This document shows positions 18,877-28,711 of a DNA stretch of 64,000 nucleotides, in pieces (within the stretch, counting starts at the first letter, position 1; every line of letters starts with the position of its first letter). Both the position numbers and the translations under genes were made by a program. The DNA is from a virus. The stretch is from positions 12,415 through 76,414 of the IMG/VR virus record IMGVR_UViG_3300023063_000002; one strand, 5' to 3'. The notes under the pieces are model-generated. The model was not told the DNA's origin. It did not search any database and saw only the letters and a program-made list of their open reading frames with translations.

Positions 18877-21800
18877 TTAGCCAATACCATACCAGTATCT
18901 ATTTTCTTTAAATCCAGTTGGGATTGGCGCAAGAATTTGTTCTTTTGTTAGTATATCATCTTTAGTTAAGAGTTTACCACCAACTCTTGATCGTCCTACC
19001 ACAGGTATTAGGCCAATGTCCTTAGCTTCATTCAGATACTTATTGTAGATCTCTTTCGGGAGACCACGATTAAGCATTTCAGTAAGTGTAGACTCGATTG
19101 GGCTAGTCTCAACTAAATCACCATAGATACCACGAAGGGCAGTTCTGGCTGTTAACATGTCAGCTGCATTTGTAAAGAATGCATCATGAATTGTAGATGT
19201 CGGGATATTGTTTGCAAGACCCCATTGATGAAACTTTTTAACGATCACTGCATCATTAGAGTGATTGCCATTAACTGCGAATGCTGTCCTAGCCTTTTGA
19301 GCATCAACAATATCATTCATAGTACCAGCTTCATTAAGCAACTCTTCCCAGAAAGTGGGATCAGTTTTCTGAGGTGCTTGGATAATGTTAGTAATCCATT
19401 TACCTTCAGCATTCTTATAAGTAAGCTTTTCCTCAAACACTTGAGTAAAGTTTTGTTCAATGATTTTACCATCGAAGTTAACCCAAGGAATGTTAGTCCA
19501 AAGCCTAGGCTGCTCTACCTTACGAACACCATACAGAATATCCGTCAGAGTGCTGTTAGGATTGAAACCTGGAACTCTATTAACGATGTCAGGAATAGCT
19601 TGTCGCTCAGCAAGTAGTTTAGTCTTGATGATGTCCGTGATAGAAGTTCTACTATTACTAGGTTTAGCATTTGTGACAAAGTCTTCTGCTAGTCGTCCAA
19701 AGAACTTAGTGAAGTCTTTAAGAATAGGCACTTGTGTAGCCAAGTTCTCGCTCATGATATTAGCAATAGTAGAGAAGTCTTGTGGCGTAACAATGTTAGT
19801 GTAATTCCTAGAAAGCTTCTCAACTAAGTCTCTAGTCTTTGGTTCAAGGAAGTAAAGTTGTGTAAGTATATCATCACCAGGATCTTGACCCTTGTTAAAT
19901 ATATCTCTCACATCTTGACGAAGAGTACGCAATTGATCAAACATATCAGGATCAATCTTCTGGTATCGAGCCATACGAGCACTAATTTCATTTAGTACTT
20001 TGTCTCGATCAGAAGCCTTAACAACGAGTGTTCCAGTATCTTTACCAAGTACTTTAGCAAGCTTAGCCTCTACATTAAGAATACCAGTTTTATCTCCAGC
20101 ACCATAGAAGGTAACCATATTCTGAGCCTTAGCAGCCTTCCTCAAATCCTTCTCAGATAGACCTAACTTTTGGTTAAGTTCAATAAATCGAGGATCATTA
20201 AAAGTAGCTGCTGCAATCTCATCATACAATCGCTGTTTCTGATTAGTAGCTACAACATTGCTTAGTTCACCAAGTTGTTTATTCTTAGTAGTTAAAGCAA
20301 TGATCTGTGCACCAGAGGAAGAAGCATCCTGCTCAAGAGCTACTGCTATGTCATAATCTTTTAAACGCTGTATACTAGCTGCAGAGTAATCACCACCAAG
20401 ATACTCATCGATCTTAGACATCTCGATTGCAAACCGCATTGCTTTACCTTGCTCTTCGCCGTCGATCAAAGCCATAAATTCTGACTCTAATACTTTACGA
20501 ATATCATTAGGTTTAGCTCTACGCATCTGATAACCAATTGTCACTAGCTCATTACGCCATTCTTCAGCAATCTTTTGACGACCAAGAACAGCTAATGAGT
20601 TATGTCGACCTTCCAAAGCATCAGTTAAGCCACCTAGGAAGGCGCCGATCTGATCTTGTAAATTAGCATACCCATCAGCACTAAATTTGCGGGTTTCAGC
20701 AGTATTAAGGAATGGCCTGAAGGTTTCACCTGATTGTGGACTAATCATTCCACGATCATAAACACGAGCACGGTGGTCAACGAAGGCTGCATTAGAGAAT
20801 GCTGTTTCATCATCACGTAACCACTTCATAGCCTTAAATCGCTCATAAGCATCACCACGTTCTGTGATATAGCTACGATACTGATTGAGGCCATGGTAGA
20901 ATGCTGCATTACCTTTATCATCCTCGAAGTTCATTAACTTGACAATGAAGTCATGAAAATCTGGATCAACTTTATACTTAGTTTGTGAAGCCCAATTTAA
21001 TGCATCTGCTAAGCTGTCATCTACTAGAGCGTCTGGGAAATCCCCAAAAGAGTTTGTAGATGTTATTGGGATACGGGTATCAGAGTAGCCCAGTAATCCT
21101 TTTGTATGGTACGTCTTGTATCCCGGTCTAATATATAATCTATTGCGTTCTGTAGAGACTCCAAGTCGCAAACCGACATCGACTTTCCGGGTAAGCTGAG
21201 AGTACTCTTGAATTCGGGGGTCAACGATTCTAAGATTGACAGAAGTAGTGTCATAGTATGGTCCAAAATAAGCATTTGATAAACGGCTCTTCATACGGCG
21301 TTTCTGAACAGTGAAGGATTCGATATTATAGAAGCCCTTCTTATCAGCCGTATCAAGCATTTTAAGACCTAGTTGATACCACTCGTTGCGTGAGCCACGA
21401 TAATTTGCAGAATTGAATAAATCGCGACCGAGACTGATCGCCAGCTGATCACGATCAGGAGTATCAGATAGGGACAAACGATTAGCAAATCGTAAGTAGA
21501 AGGCCTGTAACTGTTCATCATCTAGACGTGTTCGTATTTTAAATGGAATTGATAAATCCAAAAAGCCACGAAGTTCTTTAGCAATCTTAGGTGCTACCTT
21601 ATCTTCCCACGCATTCTTAGCATTAATATTGTCAATGAAACTATCTGACAGGTCTTGCAATTGTACTGTACCTAGTACCGGGTCAATATAGTTATCTTGT
21701 TTAAGCCTGAGCAACAAGTTACCATCTTTACGAAGCTGTGTTTCCATGTAATCTGATACGTTCATAACATCGAACTTAATCTGGCCATTTACAACAGCTT

Positions 21801-23346
21801 TGAAATTGCCCCAAGGTTCTTTATTATCCCTAAAACGACCAAAGATAATACGCAGATTATCAGAAATAACTGCTTGTTCATTTGTGCCCACATAGCCAAA
21901 CATTCCATTAACAAAGTTTTCGATGAACTCTTTATCTTGTGGCTTAAGCAATGCTGATTCACGTACTTGTCTAAGATTGTTCTCTAGTGTCTCAGCAGAT
22001 GGCTGGTACATTCGAGCATCTTCATAGCGACCAGTTAAAGGATTAAACTTTAGATTCTCTTCTTTAGGTGGACTAGACAATACACGTACTTTAGTAGCTT
22101 TCTTATTACCTAGCAGAGTACCACGATAATTAGTCAGTGACAGGTTACCATCGAGATCGCCATTCTGTAGAATATAGTATTCACGGAGATTAGCTTGAAA
22201 GGTTTTATTGTCAATCAAATCCTCTGGACGATTAACACCTAACTGAATGGCATCCATCTTCTCTTTAGCATTAGCAAAACGAATTGTATCACCAGGTGCT
22301 GTAAAGGAATTAGCTGTTAACTGTCGAAGCTCTTTAATACCAATTGAGTTACCTGCATCATTGGTAAAACCTGAGAGTTCTAGTTGACCAGTACGGAAAG
22401 CTTCAAGACGATTAAAATCACCAAGATGCCTTAACTGTACTTCACTCGTTTGTCTCATCAACCATTGCTGATATGACTCTTTAAGTGGTGTTTGACCATC
22501 ATAAAATGCTTGCTGCTTCAAAGACAGATTAGCAAGATTCTTTTTACGTACTTGAGCTACACCCTCTAGTTTAGCAAGATCTTGCCAAGCATAAACAACC
22601 GGCACGGTAGTAGAGCGGCAGTTCCAGTGAGCAGGAGGGAGGTGAGTAGTATCACTAATAGGATAAACTGTGCCATCGCGGTGTGCACAGAGCGGAGTAG
22701 TACGGGAGTCCAATACAGCAACGTATTGCCACCCTTGTAGAGCCTTTTCATTTGCCTTGTAAACCTCATGGTCTGTCTGGACCACAACGCTAGTCATAGC
22801 AGTTCTTACCAATCCCAACGATTGTGTTCTAGATATGTTAAAAACATTTCCTTTACGAACATTCAATGCTATCTGGGCTTCTGTGTCACCATCTGCAATA
22901 CCCTTACGAATAACACCTTCTAACCGCTTTCTCTCAGCGATTGAAACACTTTGCCAACCTTGTAACAAAGTCATGTCATTGTACAGAGGACGGTTTAACG
23001 CAATGTCTTCTGCGATACGGTATTGCGGTTTACTAACACTCCAGATTTTCCCAATAGCATTGTCGAGGTTTTGGACCATGTAGGAAGTTTGATCAAAGAT
23101 GAGATCCATCAATGATCGTTTAGACATGTCATGAAGCTTACCATAGTTCTTTACTAAGAGGTTGTCTAGCTCTTCAGCAAATTGTGGTGACTTCACTTTG
23201 GACTCTGCAATAAGTTTCATTACATCAACATTATTGCCATCCATGATACTATTTATTTTACCGCCGACCCGTTCCTCGTAATACCTTATCATCGCAGCGC
23301 GATCAACAGATTTATCGAAGATGGTCGTGTTAGCATTATCCGCCAT
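18877..23346 (-). CDS. MuF/SPP1-gp7-type head morphogenesis domain fused to a T7-like single-subunit RNA polymerase (putative virion RNAP)
   Basis: N-terminus: GWQYVAVLDSRTTPLCAHRDG...PPAHWNCRST (Mu F signature). C-terminus: VDHRARVY, motif A EQDASSSGAQII, motif B RKAAKAQNMVTFYGAG, AVNGNHSNDA, motif C TIHDAF. Confidence 0.9.
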   Translation of the reverse strand: MADNANTTIFDKSVDRAAMIRYYEERVGGKINSIMDGNNVDVMKLIAESKVKSPQFAEELDNLLVKNYGKLHDMSKRSLMDLIFDQTSYMVQNLDNAIGKIWSVSKPQYRIAEDIALNRPLYNDMTLLQGWQSVSIAERKRLEGVIRKGIADGDTEAQIALNVRKGNVFNISRTQSLGLVRTAMTSVVVQTDHEVYKANEKALQGWQYVAVLDSRTTPLCAHRDGTVYPISDTTHLPPAHWNCRSTTVPVVYAWQDLAKLEGVAQVRKKNLANLSLKQQAFYDGQTPLKESYQQWLMRQTSEVQLRHLGDFNRLEAFRTGQLELSGFTNDAGNSIGIKELRQLTANSFTAPGDTIRFANAKEKMDAIQLGVNRPEDLIDNKTFQANLREYYILQNGDLDGNLSLTNYRGTLLGNKKATKVRVLSSPPKEENLKFNPLTGRYEDARMYQPSAETLENNLRQVRESALLKPQDKEFIENFVNGMFGYVGTNEQAVISDNLRIIFGRFRDNKEPWGNFKAVVNGQIKFDVMNVSDYMETQLRKDGNLLLRLKQDNYIDPVLGTVQLQDLSDSFIDNINAKNAWEDKVAPKIAKELRGFLDLSIPFKIRTRLDDEQLQAFYLRFANRLSLSDTPDRDQLAISLGRDLFNSANYRGSRNEWYQLGLKMLDTADKKGFYNIESFTVQKRRMKSRLSNAYFGPYYDTTSVNLRIVDPRIQEYSQLTRKVDVGLRLGVSTERNRLYIRPGYKTYHTKGLLGYSDTRIPITSTNSFGDFPDALVDDSLADALNWASQTKYKVDPDFHDFIVKLMNFEDDKGNAAFYHGLNQYRSYITERGDAYERFKAMKWLRDDETAFSNAAFVDHRARVYDRGMISPQSGETFRPFLNTAETRKFSADGYANLQDQIGAFLGGLTDALEGRHNSLAVLGRQKIAEEWRNELVTIGYQMRRAKPNDIRKVLESEFMALIDGEEQGKAMRFAIEMSKIDEYLGGDYSAASIQRLKDYDIAVALEQDASSSGAQIIALTTKNKQLGELSNVVATNQKQRLYDEIAAATFNDPRFIELNQKLGLSEKDLRKAAKAQNMVTFYGAGDKTGILNVEAKLAKVLGKDTGTLVVKASDRDKVLNEISARMARYQKIDPDMFDQLRTLRQDVRDIFNKGQDPGDDILTQLYFLEPKTRDLVEKLSRNYTNIVTPQDFSTIANIMSENLATQVPILKDFTKFFGRLAEDFVTNAKPSNSRTSITDIIKTKLLAERQAIPDIVNRVPGFNPNSTLTDILYGVRKVEQPRLWTNIPWVNFDGKIIEQNFTQVFEEKLTYKNAEGKWITNIIQAPQKTDPTFWEELLNEAGTMNDIVDAQKARTAFAVNGNHSNDAVIVKKFHQWGLANNIPTSTIHDAFFTNAADMLTARTALRGIYGDLVETSPIESTLTEMLNRGLPKEIYNKYLNEAKDIGLIPVVGRSRVGGKLLTKDDILTKEQILAPIPTGFKENRYWYGIG

Positions 23347-23363
23347 ATATGCCGACCTCCAGG

Positions 23364-23816
23364 TTATTTAACTTTAACAGGTTTAGATTCTTTTGATTTC
23401 TTCTTGTCAGCTTTTACTGCGGCTGTTAGTGAGTCTTCAGTATACTTCTTGTAAGCGTAGAAGGCATTGGTGCAGAGATTCTGAATAGAATAAGCTTCAA
23501 ACTCATCAGATGGTTTATCCTCACCTACATATTCTTTGTAATTCTGGAATGCATGAACCATTTCGTGTACTAGCAATGCATATACATCTTGGATAGGCCA
23601 CTTTAAAGTCTTCTTGTGGTTTACACAGACAATATTGTATTCTTTACCCTTACCATTATGGAATGAGTGTACACAAGCATCACCATTTTCACCAAGCCAG
23701 TTAATTACTACCTTGATCTTTAAACGTTTAAGTTCTTCAAGATAATCTTTCTCAGTAAAGGCAAAACTAAGATAGATTGGATTATAGACCAAAGCATTGC
23801 CCACATGATAAATCAT
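23364..23816 (-). CDS. Putative zincin-like metalloprotein (HExxH)
   Basis: ALLVHEMVHAFQ followed by EFEAY, resembling an HExxH...E zinc site. Confidence 0.45.
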   Translation of the reverse strand: MIYHVGNALVYNPIYLSFAFTEKDYLEELKRLKIKVVINWLGENGDACVHSFHNGKGKEYNIVCVNHKKTLKWPIQDVYALLVHEMVHAFQNYKEYVGEDKPSDEFEAYSIQNLCTNAFYAYKKYTEDSLTAAVKADKKKSKESKPVKVK

Positions 23817-23902
23817 TATTGCCTCACTAATATAGATTGTCTAAGAATAACTCTTGGGTAAGAATCATTCTTAGAAGCCCTCTTGTGGAAGGCCTCTATT
23901 TA

Positions 23903-25582
23903 TTACGGTGCTACTTTCTTTACTGGTGCAGCAGGACCAGCTTTAGCAGGTGGCACGCTATTAGGGTCTGGTTGCCCAGTCTTCATACCGGCTACTTGTG
24001 TTTGGAGCTTAGCAGCGAACTGCATTTCTTCACGAGGCTTAACAATAAGCTGATCGCTATTAATAGCTGCTTGACCTTCTTTGTCATCGTAGTCAGAGCT
24101 AATCATATCATTCTGCTTAATGATTGACAACCATACTTCACGAGGGATGAGACCTGACTGATACCATTCAGTAGCAAGACGAAGCCAATCAGCACCAAGA
24201 GGGGCAGGATTGAAGTCAGCAGACAAACAGAATTTAATATCTTCAGATTTATACTTCAAGTCATAGCGCCAGTTAAGCATGAAGGCAATAATATCAGCCA
24301 TCTGATTACTAATCTTAGTATTGAGAGTACCCAATTGTGCAGTCTGAGCAGCATTACGAATCTCAAGAGCTACGCCTGACTGAATTGTCTCAGGTGACAG
24401 CATACGAATGCCCATACGAGCCATTTCATCAATGGTGGCTAGGATAGCACGATCCATATCAGCAAGAGCAGCAGTAGGTGTTTCCACAACCTTGATCTCA
24501 TCACCTTGTTTAACACGAAGCCAGGAGCCTAGACCGCTATCAACAATCTTGTCGAAGTCATCTTCAGCCATATCGCTAGCTACATAAGGAGTATAAGTAC
24601 TAGCACCATACAGCAAATGATTACGACGACTAACCTTGTTATAAAGGCTAATCTCACGATCAATTAATGCAGTGAGGATCGGCTCAAGTGGCTTAACAGA
24701 TCCGTTGAGTGGCCATGCTGGGATAAAATCAAGAGGTTCACCGTTGCACTCAATATTATCAATAGTTTTAATAAGTTCAAAACCAGCTGAAGAATCTTGG
24801 TAATTCTGTTGGATCGATCCATTAATAATCGAAGCAGAAGCCGTTGGAGTCTTGTTTTGAAATACCCTGATTTGGTAGACATCATCAACAATCTCATGTA
24901 CGCGAACAGTATCCATGAGCGATGGGTGGAATTCTCCAGGTACATACGTTTCTTCATAGCCTCGAACAATAATCATGTTGAGCTTTTGGGAGCCATCTTT
25001 GCTACTAACACCCATGCGCCAGTTAACAATAGACTCAGCATTCCACATTACTGGATAAGGCTTCAAGTCAGCGAAGTCTTGTGTAGTCATCGATGATTTA
25101 TCATCATCACTAACAAATGGATAATCTACATATACCCAAGCACGGCTAGTCTGCATTTCTTCCCAAAGGCCACTATCTAGAAAGTTAACTAGTGGTGAGC
25201 CATCTTGAGCAAAGTGATTCATGATCCAATCATGAGCATCAGCAGGTGCATCTTTAGGTAGCTCTAGTGTGGGCTGCTTACGTAGCAATCCACCAACAAT
25301 AATCTTAGCGTACTGTGATACAATCCCTGGCAACTCAGCTTCAGCACGATAGAAATCGTATTGTTCCTGAGTCATGGAAGGGCTAAATGGAATGAGCAAG
25401 TTAGTCATTCCGACTACATCTAGGATCGAGTCGTAAGCCTTAACAAAACGTTCGCCATTACACACTGCCCGACTCTTCAACCAAAGTGGTTGCATGGAAG
25501 TATAGCCAATGGTAGGATCTGCTACTGTCTTATTGCGCTCTGACCCTACTGAGTCTACTTCGGGCGTGGTAATTTTAATCAT
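23903..25582 (-). CDS. Portal protein (DUF4055-like)
   Basis: 559 aa between terminase and MuF; YDFYRAEAE, PYPVMWNAESIVNWR and ETIQSGVALEIR patterns of siphovirus portals. Confidence 0.8.
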   Translation of the reverse strand: MIKITTPEVDSVGSERNKTVADPTIGYTSMQPLWLKSRAVCNGERFVKAYDSILDVVGMTNLLIPFSPSMTQEQYDFYRAEAELPGIVSQYAKIIVGGLLRKQPTLELPKDAPADAHDWIMNHFAQDGSPLVNFLDSGLWEEMQTSRAWVYVDYPFVSDDDKSSMTTQDFADLKPYPVMWNAESIVNWRMGVSSKDGSQKLNMIIVRGYEETYVPGEFHPSLMDTVRVHEIVDDVYQIRVFQNKTPTASASIINGSIQQNYQDSSAGFELIKTIDNIECNGEPLDFIPAWPLNGSVKPLEPILTALIDREISLYNKVSRRNHLLYGASTYTPYVASDMAEDDFDKIVDSGLGSWLRVKQGDEIKVVETPTAALADMDRAILATIDEMARMGIRMLSPETIQSGVALEIRNAAQTAQLGTLNTKISNQMADIIAFMLNWRYDLKYKSEDIKFCLSADFNPAPLGADWLRLATEWYQSGLIPREVWLSIIKQNDMISSDYDDKEGQAAINSDQLIVKPREEMQFAAKLQTQVAGMKTGQPDPNSVPPAKAGPAAPVKKVAP

Positions 25583-25599
25583 TTATATTAGTTCTCAGT

Positions 25600-25899
25600 T
25601 TAATCTTCACGAATGAATGCGGAGAACTCTTTACGAGTACCAGTGAACTTACGCATACTCACATTGTTCATACAGCTAACGACATTAACATCATCGGTCT
25701 CGACAATGGTCCAATTAGCGGGAATACGATCTGCTTGTGTCAAAGGCTTAGGTAGTTTTAGTGGTCCACTTACAGCACTTGGTTTAGGCTCTTCAGGGAT
25801 AGCATTAGCCACTACTGGCGGAGTAATGATGACCTTAGCAGGCACAGTAGATGCAGGCTTATTAATAGTATTTACTACAGGAGTAACAATGGCGTTCAT
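25600..25899 (-). CDS. Hypothetical Pro-rich protein
   Basis: ORF with AGAAG ribosome-binding site just downstream of the promoter motif. Confidence 0.55.
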   Translation of the reverse strand: MNAIVTPVVNTINKPASTVPAKVIITPPVVANAIPEEPKPSAVSGPLKLPKPLTQADRIPANWTIVETDDVNVVSCMNNVSMRKFTGTRKEFSAFIRED

Positions 25900-25926
25900 A
25901 ATTTTATCTTCTACGACTTGTCAGTC

Positions 25927-25946
25927 GGGTTAAGTTAACGGGTTGG
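25927..25946 (-). promoter_or_regulatory. Putative phage RNAP promoter, copy upstream of the portal/head operon
   Basis: CCAACCCGTTAACTTAACCC, followed by the hairpin CGACT-GACA-AGTCG. Confidence 0.7.
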
Positions 25947-25963
25947 CAATCAATACAAAGTGG

Positions 25964-27292
25964 TCAGAAGCGCTTGCTCTTACGTACTTTGACGCTAGCA
26001 TGGGTGATAGGGAATAAGTATTCCATTGGATATCTTACACCATCAGAGAAGTGTTCAACGCCTTCTTTCTTATCAATCGTAGCAGTATCACTAGATGTAG
26101 TTGCCCAAGAAGTTCGCTCAAGTGACTGAATGAGACCTGCACAACGAGGGTGAATATACATATCAACAATCCCTGACGCAGTCTTGAGCTTCTTATTAAC
26201 AGCTGCTACTGAATCAACAATTGGTGGAGCTTTCATGTGAGCCCTAGTAATCAGACCATGCTTCTCAAGAATAGTAAAGTCAGTAACACCTACTGTAGCA
26301 GATGTCTTTCTTGATCTACCTGACGGGTCAGGGTAAACATAAATCTTGTGTCCCTTAAACTTATCCTTGATTGCAATTGCGAGTGTCTCTGTATCGGGAT
26401 GTCCCTTGAATTCATCGATATAGTGTACTTGGCCACCTCTAAGACAGAATACGGAGGAGCACTGTAATCCAACGTTGAAGTCGATTCCAATATGGACGTC
26501 TTCATCGGTTTCCAAATCTGGGACATCTGACTGTACATGTACTTTTCGGTCGAAGCAATAAAATACTCCGTTGCTTGAGCCTTGGAAAGAAGCGAGATAC
26601 TCCCGAGCGAATTGTATTGGATCGATCGTGTGCTTAACCTTTTCAATCTCTTCTTCATCCAAGTAGGGAGAAGACGTATAATCGTAATGATACGATTTCC
26701 AATCCTTATCCATCTCTTGATAGTTGAACATGTCGTAGAGGAAGTCAAACCCCTTTGGAGTTGATATACATAGAGCTCTACCGGGAGATTTAGCGAATAA
26801 CTGTTTGGCACGTTTTCTACTCCAACGAGTGTTAATACAAGGCTGAATAATGGATTGCCAAGCTTCTTGGAAACCTGCACCCTTAGTCCAATCTCGGACT
26901 TCATCCATAACTACAAAGTAGGCACCTGTACCACGTAAGCGATCAACCGCCTCATATGATACGAGACGGAGTTCAACATTACGAGGAAACCAGAATCTAC
27001 CAAGATCTTTAGAGGATCTTAGAGCATAGGCATCTAATCCCAACTCATAGGCAAGCAATGGATAATAAATATCGGTCACTTGACTATAAGTAGGAGCAAT
27101 GATATAAACAATTTTATTAGGTACGACTGAGGCTAACTCTAGCAACTCAAATACAGCAGTCATAGCACATACAGCAGCAAAGTAAGACTTCCCCCAACCA
27201 CGGCTACAGACTGCTACAGCATACCTACATGTCTTCTCGACAAATAAGTCGTTATAGACCTCAGACTGGCCTGCATGGAGGACAATTGACAT
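25964..27292 (-). CDS. terL: Terminase large subunit
   Basis: Walker A CSRGWGKS, Walker B VVMDE, nuclease HIGIDFNV and HFSDGVRY. Confidence 0.92.
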   Translation of the reverse strand: MSIVLHAGQSEVYNDLFVEKTCRYAVAVCSRGWGKSYFAAVCAMTAVFELLELASVVPNKIVYIIAPTYSQVTDIYYPLLAYELGLDAYALRSSKDLGRFWFPRNVELRLVSYEAVDRLRGTGAYFVVMDEVRDWTKGAGFQEAWQSIIQPCINTRWSRKRAKQLFAKSPGRALCISTPKGFDFLYDMFNYQEMDKDWKSYHYDYTSSPYLDEEEIEKVKHTIDPIQFAREYLASFQGSSNGVFYCFDRKVHVQSDVPDLETDEDVHIGIDFNVGLQCSSVFCLRGGQVHYIDEFKGHPDTETLAIAIKDKFKGHKIYVYPDPSGRSRKTSATVGVTDFTILEKHGLITRAHMKAPPIVDSVAAVNKKLKTASGIVDMYIHPRCAGLIQSLERTSWATTSSDTATIDKKEGVEHFSDGVRYPMEYLFPITHASVKVRKSKRF

Positions 27293-27702
27293 TATTTAGT
27301 CGCTAGCTTGGCAGCATGTTCAGCATCAATCTTAGCACGATGAGCCATAATATCTTCATGCGAGGATGGGATATCAACTGACTTAATTGGCTCAGGTGCT
27401 ACTACATTGATTACTGTTTGGGTAGGGCTCTGTTCAGCAAGTACTGTGCCACCCATAGATTGGTAGAACAATGCTGTCTGCATCATATAACCCTCAAGCT
27501 GCCAGATTTGATTGAATGCATCATCGTAGGAATACTTCTCACCAAGTGTTTGATCAAACTTCTTAATGTCAACTACACCACTCTTGCCAATGACTCCAAA
27601 GCCATTGCGAAGGATTAGTTCGCATACCATTGTCTTGCCAGATGGCAGAGTAGTAAAGCTCTTAGAGACAATCAAGGACTCTAGATATTCTTTAGTAATC
27701 AT
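27292..27702 (-). CDS. Phage gp49/gp66-like family protein
   Basis: TMVCELILRNGFGVIG.S..VD...FD...G...YDDA..QIWQLEGY pattern. Confidence 0.55.
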   Translation of the reverse strand: MITKEYLESLIVSKSFTTLPSGKTMVCELILRNGFGVIGKSGVVDIKKFDQTLGEKYSYDDAFNQIWQLEGYMMQTALFYQSMGGTVLAEQSPTQTVINVVAPEPIKSVDIPSSHEDIMAHRAKIDAEHAAKLATK

Positions 27703-27726
27703 TTGTTGCTTTCAGTTAGTCTACAA

Positions 27727-27963
27727 TTAGCTTACGATATTACGTTCACGAAATACTGCATTGGTAACATGATAGGTATCAGTGTCTGTAAGTCGCACAA
27801 CCCAATCGCCAATCATTGGTTGTTCATAAGCCTTAAATGACACTTGATGGCCACCGGAGTAGATGATGTATGTAGAGGCTTTTTCTGCCACATCAATAAT
27901 ATCTAGCTCTTTAATCTGGTATGCCATCCGAATAACAGGCTTACTTTCGTATGCTTTAAACAT
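27727..27963 (-). CDS. Hypothetical protein (paralog of 27972..28358)
   Basis: ORF; shares P.(I/V)GD(W/Y)(V/I)V motif with its neighbour. Confidence 0.55.
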   Translation of the reverse strand: MFKAYESKPVIRMAYQIKELDIIDVAEKASTYIIYSGGHQVSFKAYEQPMIGDWVVRLTDTDTYHVTNAVFRERNIVS

Positions 27964-27971
27964 AGTCTTGA

Positions 27972-28358
27972 TTAGACAGCCGGAGTTACTGCAGGCTCAG
28001 CAACTGGTGTAGTCTCTTTAACATAATCAACAGCGCTAACAACATGGCCATTATCTGGGTCTTCAAACACAATGTAATCACCAACCACTGGAGCAGTCTG
28101 GCAACTCACAGCAATTTGTACACCACTAATAACTACAAGCCACGTATTGGGCTTCGAAGGGTATTGTTCAATGACACTATCTTGTGCTACTTGGAAAGCT
28201 TTTTGCATATTGTTCTCTTTAATATTAGCTGTGATATGAGTAAGCTCATTCACTTGGATTGTAGGGATAGCATTCGATTCATCATAATTAGGGAGAGCTT
28301 TAACTTCATCCCAAAATGCTTTTAGTTGATCAAGGATAATCATACAGTAGGTGGCCAA
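27972..28358 (-). CDS. Hypothetical protein
   Basis: ORF; C-terminal half resembles 27727..27963. Confidence 0.5.
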   Translation of the reverse strand: MATYCMIILDQLKAFWDEVKALPNYDESNAIPTIQVNELTHITANIKENNMQKAFQVAQDSVIEQYPSKPNTWLVVISGVQIAVSCQTAPVVGDYIVFEDPDNGHVVSAVDYVKETTPVAEPAVTPAV

Positions 28359-28522
28359 TCATCATGGTTGTAGTAGAGGTAAACAACAATGACCATGATA
28401 ATCATTAGCCATGTATAGCTAGTCAAGCTCATATACAACTCCATTCTTAGTGTCGATGTACTCAGCTGTGCAAGCCCAAATTACCAAAGCCATTAGCAAG
28501 ATCCAGATTAGAAAACCAGTAG

Positions 28523-28711
28523 TCATGGTGCCACCCAAATAGAATTGTTACAGACTGGACATCGTACTTTTAATACAAGTCCATCTCGTGGATCATCAAT
28601 GGCAATCCCATCATTTGCTAGGAACTTAACTTTGGTATTGCAAACATTACAAGTTGCCTTATACTGTTTGCTCTCTGGTGGAATACCAAGTGAAATAATC
28701 TCAATGGTCAT
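28523..28711 (-). CDS. Small zinc-ribbon protein
   Basis: CNVC and CPVC motifs. Confidence 0.55.
   Translation of the reverse strand: MTIEIISLGIPPESKQYKATCNVCNTKVKFLANDGIAIDDPRDGLVLKVRCPVCNNSIWVAP

Noticed and set aside
28360-28522. Short hydrophobic ORFs as holin or spanin genes
   Set aside because: 30-35 aa peptides with no convincing lipobox and no adjacent endolysin; lysis genes are probably outside the window.
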